In this document: positions 59,101-64,000 of the stretch, one piece after another
How the letters are laid out: each line of letters begins with the position of its first letter
How positions within the stretch are numbered: position 1 is the first letter of the stretch
NCBI RefSeq assembly: GCF_905237065.1
Contig: NC_059455.1
Span: 34,160,034 to 34,224,033 of the forward strand
Source: Salmo salar
Lineage: Eukaryota
Reading direction: 5' to 3'
Length of the DNA stretch: 64,000 bases
Translations under genes and position numbers: made by a program
Notes under the pieces: model-generated
The model's input: the letters and a program-made list of their open reading frames with translations, nothing else
Databases searched by the model: none
What the model was told of the DNA's origin: nothing

Positions 59101-59700
59101 ATCCTCAACATGGGGGCCCCTCAGGGGTGCGTGCTCAGTCCCCTCCTGTACTCCCTGTTCACTCATGACTGCATGACTCCATCACCATCATTAAGTTTGC
59201 CAATGACACAACAGTGGTAGACCTGATCTCCGATAACAATGAGAAAACCTATTCCCCCTCAGGAGACTGAAAATATTTGGCATGGGTCCTCAGATCCTCA
59301 AAAGGTTTTACAGCTGCACCATCGAGAGCATCCTGACAGGTTGCATCACTGCCTGGTATGGCAACTGCTCGGCCTCTGATCGCAAGGCACTACAGAGGGT
59401 AGTGCGTACGGCCCAGTACATCACCGGGACCAAGCTTCCTGCCATCCAGGACTACCAGGCGGTGTAAGAGGAAGGCCCTAAAAATTGTAAAAGAATCCAG
59501 CCACCCTAGTCATAGATTGTTCTCTCTGCTACCGCACTTCAAGCGGTACCGGAGTGCCAAGTCTAGGTCCAAAAGGCTTCTTAACAGCTTCTACCCCCAA
59601 GCCATAAGTCTTCTGAACATCTAATCAAATGGCTACCCAGACTATTTGCATTACCCCCCCCCTCCTCTTTTACGCTGCTGCTGTTGTAGCAGCGAAGGGG
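56120..59700 (+). mobile_element. L2-like LINE (same family as 720..2425) split by a nested Tc1 insertion.
   Basis: The endonuclease C-terminus runs 56120..56360 ([47 protein letters not shown]). ORFs 56361..56787 follow, then the RT N-terminus to HLDKRNTY at 57314. The RT resumes at 58926 ([19 protein letters not shown]...) and continues to the 3' UTR near 59700. Copy 1 reads [18 protein letters not shown] without interruption. Confidence 0.75.
57315..58923 (+). mobile_element. Tc1-like family A copy nested in the LINE RT, with a TA target-site duplication.
   Basis: The IRs are 'cagttgaagtcagaagtttacatacacttagg' and 'ggtgtatgtaaacttctgacttcaactg'. TA dinucleotides sit at 57313-14 and 58924-25. 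Transposase ORFs 57757..58068, 58085..58414 and 58411..58695 carry frameshifts. Confidence 0.85.
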
Positions 59701-62700
59701 AGATCAACTCTGTATTAATGACCATGATTTTGGAATGAGATGTTCGATTAGCAGGTGTCCACATACTTTTGTTCATGTAGTGTATATCTGGATCCTACCA
59801 CCTCAGTTGTCTTTTTTATAGTTCTTATATCATTGCCTTGCCAAACAGTAGTAATGTTATGCGGCAATACTAGTGTGAGTCTCTCAAAAACTCAACCCCT
59901 CGTCCAAGTTGTGGGAGGCGGAAACGGCTCAAGTACGGGATTCCCAGACAGGGCTAAGTTTTGTGGGTGGCTTTGCTACCCAGGCCGCTACGGTTGCCAC
60001 GATGGTCTGGATCCACAACACGCTGGATAACGGGGTTCTGGTAAAGCTAGGTGGACCAATCATCCGCTTAGTGGATACTACCGATTACAGATACATTCAC
60101 GAAGAAACTATAGCGTAAATGACCTATGCTTCCCAAAGAACACAAGGGTTTAAGTAATACCCTTGCAAATGTCCATTCCCAGTGTCCCTAATAGTTTGGT
60201 ATAATTAATCATTGTTTTAAAAGAAAATGGTCATCAAATTATTGCAGCAGATGCACTATTTGGGCTCCCCAGGAAAAGATGGTTTGGGACCAGCATTGTT
60301 GGGCGGTTCTTTTGTGACCAAGACAAAGTCAACTGCTGTGTAGGAGGAGCATCAGACACACCAACTGAGGTATACTGGATGTTGACGAATGGGATGTATC
60401 TCACACTCGGTTACTTTCACTAGCCCTCTTCTGTGTGACTTGTGTGATGTGTTTTTGTGTATAACCAACAGCTGGGCTAATGCTGGAGAAGTTAAGAAGT
60501 TCGATTGAAATCAGGAGAAGCCATTTATCCTTGGTGATATGGCATTGTACTATTCCGTCCCCCTGACTTGTTGCAGTGGGCTGGCCCTACTCTGACGTGC
60601 TACCCGCATCAACACCTTAAGCCCTCTGTCCCCTGGTGGTTCCTGACCTGCAGCTAATAGAGTGGCTGCATAGGGTACCTACACAGGGTGGCTGGACCAC
60701 CACTACTGACATTCCGGCAGGGAATCCTTTTATTTTTGTAAATATGCTGCACATATTTAGGGGTGGCTGTTACAGAATCCCCCTGCTGAGGGCACTGTGG
60801 GACTAATTTCCATGTCTCACCCCTGTGCACACTCTAGCCATGCAGTCTCTACAGGTCCTGATTGGCTAGTCAGCCTGACCCACACGCCAAGGGAGTAAAT
60901 ATTTCCATACCTAAACAGTGTTATTCCAGTCTGTGAGTGTGGGTGGACATATATGTGCATGGGATGCGTCAACACAGAAACCGGGGACGGTGTCAGTGAG
61001 TCACAAACCTGTAAAATACGTAGAGCCGGGTCGCTCTCTTTCAACTTTCCTATACCCTACTGTGTCCTGGTACCACCATTTTCTGGATGCATAGCTACTC
61101 CCTTTTACTATATAATCTTACCTCCCTCCCTTGCTTAATCCATCCTACATTAAGTCTTCTGACCGGATTGTACACTGGTCTCCAACACTGTGCAGCAATT
61201 TTGGGAAGGCTGCAGACTAAGAAGACTTACTGTCTGCTGGCCACGAGCCATAGGCTAGTCCTGGAGCGCTCTTTCTACTGTGGCCTGGTCAGAAAGTATG
61301 CAGGTACTGCAGCCAATTCAGTGTTGTTGAACACTGCATCACACCCTCCATATCACTGCTGTTGTTATCTAAGTGTCATTCACCCAGGTGTTTGAACTAT
61401 TACTATCAAACTTCAAGATTTTGATTACCATTTCTTTAAATTGTTTTTCAGGTGGACAAACCATTGCTGTGTGGCACTTCAGAAAAATCAAGTGGACATC
61501 GGAGAGAATAAAACAGCAGATGAATGCCTACAATTGAAGGAACAAGTCTCCTCAATCCCCCCCACCCCCCCCCAGACTGGAGTATGTGGATGTTCTCCAG
61601 AAAGACCATCCAGTCTGGTCCCAGGTGTCCAACAGCTTGGGGGACAGTCTGCTCCGGGCCAAGCAGCGTGCAGCATAACATGTGCCTTAGGGCAGCAGAG
61701 GAGAGGCACCTTATACATGCAGACCTACACAATGGCCTTTTTTATTGCCAGAGAGCTGGGGCTTTTTGAAGAGACCCTTGCTTCTCTTGGGCAGTGTGAG
61801 GCCGAGCCAACACGCTTTCACCTGGGTGCCTCTGTGTTGCTCCGAAAGAAAATGCAGAACTTATTAAAGCTCCAACAAGCATTTTCAATGTTGACTGGTG
61901 ATGGCTTGGTCAGCACAGATGTAGAGGCGGACAGTGAATTGGAGGGCAGTGATTCAGAAGATGAAAGTGGTTGAGGAATGAACGCGTGTGCGCGCGTGCA
62001 AGTTCTAAAGGCGCAAGCTATACACTAAGTATTCCGAACATTAGGAACACCTTCCTAATATATATTTATTTTGGGGGGGGAGGGGGCCTCAGAACAGCCT
62101 CTCGAAGAAATTCATCGGGGCATGGACTCTACAAAGTGTTCCACAGGGATGCTGACCCATGTTGACTCAAATGCTTCCCACAATTGTGTCAAGTTGGCTG
62201 GATGTCATTTTGGGTGGTGGACCATTCTTGATACACACGGGAAACTGTTGAGTGTGGAAAAACCCAGTAGTGTTGCAGTTCTTGACACAAACCGGTGTGC
62301 CTGGCACCTACTACCATACCACATTCAAAGGCAATATTTTGTCTTGCCTATTTACCCTCTGAATGGCACACATACACAATCCATGACTCAATCATATCAA
62401 GGCTTAAAAATCCTTTAATTCTTCAGTCTAAGACATTGGGGGGATTTTGAATTTTAGGACCTGTTTAGTAGCCCATAGAAACACATTGAATAACACATTC
62501 ATAAATGGCAAAATGGACATTAAAAAATGGTATCATAAGAAACAAGGTTTTGAAGTGTCTGTCCTAATTCTAAGATATTTAAAAAAAAAAAATTGTACAC
62601 ATTTAATCCCTTTTTGTGGTAGGAACAAAACGAAACGCCCCATAATTCAATTCACGATGATTACATCCGCTAAGAGAATTCTGACAAAACTTAAAACCTC

Positions 62701-62904
62701 AACTTTAATATGGAGTCAACATACAAGTGTAAGTAAAAACAAATTTAACTAAGTTAGAAATTGTGCTACTAATGCACAAACACGTCTCATGTTTTTGTTT
62801 GGTTAGCTTTTGGAAATTGTAGAATTAAAACATTTTCCTTCTTCAGAAATAACTAGGCAGACTAACGTTATTTAGCTAGCTATCATACAGTAGTTCTATA
62901 GTTA

Positions 62905-63560
62905 ATGTAAACTGCCTGCCATCCAGGACCTCTACACCAGGCAGCGTCGCTAAACATTGTCAAACATCCCAGCCACCCATGTTCTCTCTACTACCGCATG
63001 GCAAGCGGTACCGGAGTGCCAAGTCTAGGGCAAAAAGGCTTCTCAACAGTTTTTACCCCCAAGCCATAAGACTCCTGAACAGGTAATCAAATGGCTACCC
63101 GGACTATTTGCATTGTGTGCCCCTCCCCCACAACCCCTCTTTTTACGCTGCTGCTACTCTCTGTTAATCATATATGCATAGTCACTTTAACTATACATTC
63201 ATGTATATACTACCTCAATTGGGCCGACCAACCAGTGCTCCCACACATTGGCTAACCGGGCTATCTGCATTGTGTCCCACCCGCCAACCCGTCTTTTACA
63301 CTACTGCTACTCTCTGTTCATCATATGTGCATAGTCACTTTAACCGTACACACTACCTCAATCAGCCTGACTAACCGGTGTCTGTATGTAGCCTCGCTAC
63401 TGTATATAGCCTGTCTTTTTACTGTTGTTTTATTTCTTTACCTACCTATTGTTCATCTAATACCTTTTTTGCACTATTGGTTAGAGCCTGTAAGTAAGAA
63501 TTTCACTGTAAGGTCTACACCTGTTGTATTCAGCACACATGACAAATAAACTTTGATTTG
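62905..63560 (+). mobile_element. L2-like LINE 3' end, a third copy of the 720..2425 family. It has an internal ~120-bp direct duplication in the 3' UTR.
   Basis: 'ctgccatccaggacctctacaccaggc...ccgcatggcaagcggtaccggagtgccaagtctagggcaaaaaggcttctcaacag...' parallels 1940..2140. The tail reads '...catgacaaataaactttgatttgatttga'. The 3' UTR duplication links 63120..63240 and 63240..63365. Confidence 0.7.
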
Positions 63561-63769
63561 ATTTGACATGCAATCATAATTGACTGTAGAGCATTTAAAG
63601 CACCCACAAGCCAACGGTGGCTGAAAACACAATCATGGCAGGATGAATTTCTGAGCAAGGGCAGTCCATTTAAAAATCATTCCTTCCTCCCTTGCACCTT
63701 ACCCTGCAACTGTATACTCTTCAGACGTCATCAGAAGTGTCCACTTAATTTGAGGGGATAGGGTGTGTC

Positions 63770-64000
63770 TTAAGTGTTTGGAATGCAGCCTAAAGTTGTT
63801 CACTCGCTCCCTCGAGCTAAATCGAGGGGGCAAAGTTAGTGAATTGGACCTCCACTTAAGATGGCAAAGGCTGAGGGGGTAAAAATAACGTGTTTGGACT
63901 GCAGCCAAGTTCTTCACTTGCTCCATTGTTGACTAAGCCGAGGGGGCAACGTTAGTGAATTGAACCTCGACTTATGATGGCAATTAAACTGCATCCGGTT
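63770..64000. repeat. Tandem repeat with a ~127 bp unit and about 1.8 copies, truncated by the window end.
   Basis: Unit 1 is 'gtttggaatgcagcctaaagttgttcactcgctccctcgagctaaatcgagggggcaaagttagtgaattggacctccacttaagatggcaaaggctgagggggtaaaaataacgtgt'. Unit 2 is 'gtttggactgcagccaagttcttcacttgctccattgttgactaagccgagggggcaacgttagtgaattgaacctcgacttatgatggcaat...'. Confidence 0.7.

Noticed and set aside
59755-60118. Plus-strand ORFs of 91 and 69 aa adjacent to a solo Tc1 family E terminus.
   Set aside because: No homology was recognised. They begin inside transposon-end sequence (59716..59790) and are probably chance ORFs.

Overview
This window is eukaryotic nuclear DNA, not prokaryotic. It looks like a teleost genome, most likely a salmonid. 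The basis is the dense load of Tc1-mariner elements whose terminal repeats read 'tacagttgaagtcggaagtttacatacac', the tRNA-derived SINEs ending in 'tgtaagtcgctctggataagagcgtctgctaaatg', and the L2/CR1-like LINEs. The ORF track allows alternative start codons and is stop-to-stop, so most listed ORFs are exon, intron or transposon read-through. All interpretation here rests on manual translation and on remembered protein families. No database search was run.

Three kinds of content fill the window:
1. A large multi-exon gene on the minus strand, about 21380..42905, with roughly 54 coding exons. It encodes a clear ortholog of telomerase/vault-associated protein 1 (TEP1), with N-terminal region, TROVE domain, DUF4062 '[15 protein letters not shown]' module, NACHT P-loop and a long WD40 array ending '...GQLYFLSWRE*'. 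Several of its introns are almost entirely transposon sequence.
2. Three C2H2 zinc-finger genes that share a distinctive N-terminal coiled-coil-like domain. Gene B (minus, 10824..12843) is intact. Gene A (minus, 6504..8880) is a decayed tandem paralog. Gene 3 (plus, 44148..45612) is transcribed divergently from TEP1.
3. A heavy transposable-element load. It includes at least six Tc1-like families, L2-like LINE fragments (one split by a nested Tc1 with a TA target-site duplication), tRNA-derived SINEs (one with a filled versus empty site pair in the window), MITE-like inverted repeats, micro- and minisatellites, and a roughly 127-bp tandem repeat at the 3' window edge.

No CRISPR array, rRNA or genuine tRNA gene is present. 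No novel prokaryote-style system is present. The features of interest are eukaryotic gene structure and TE-host interactions.
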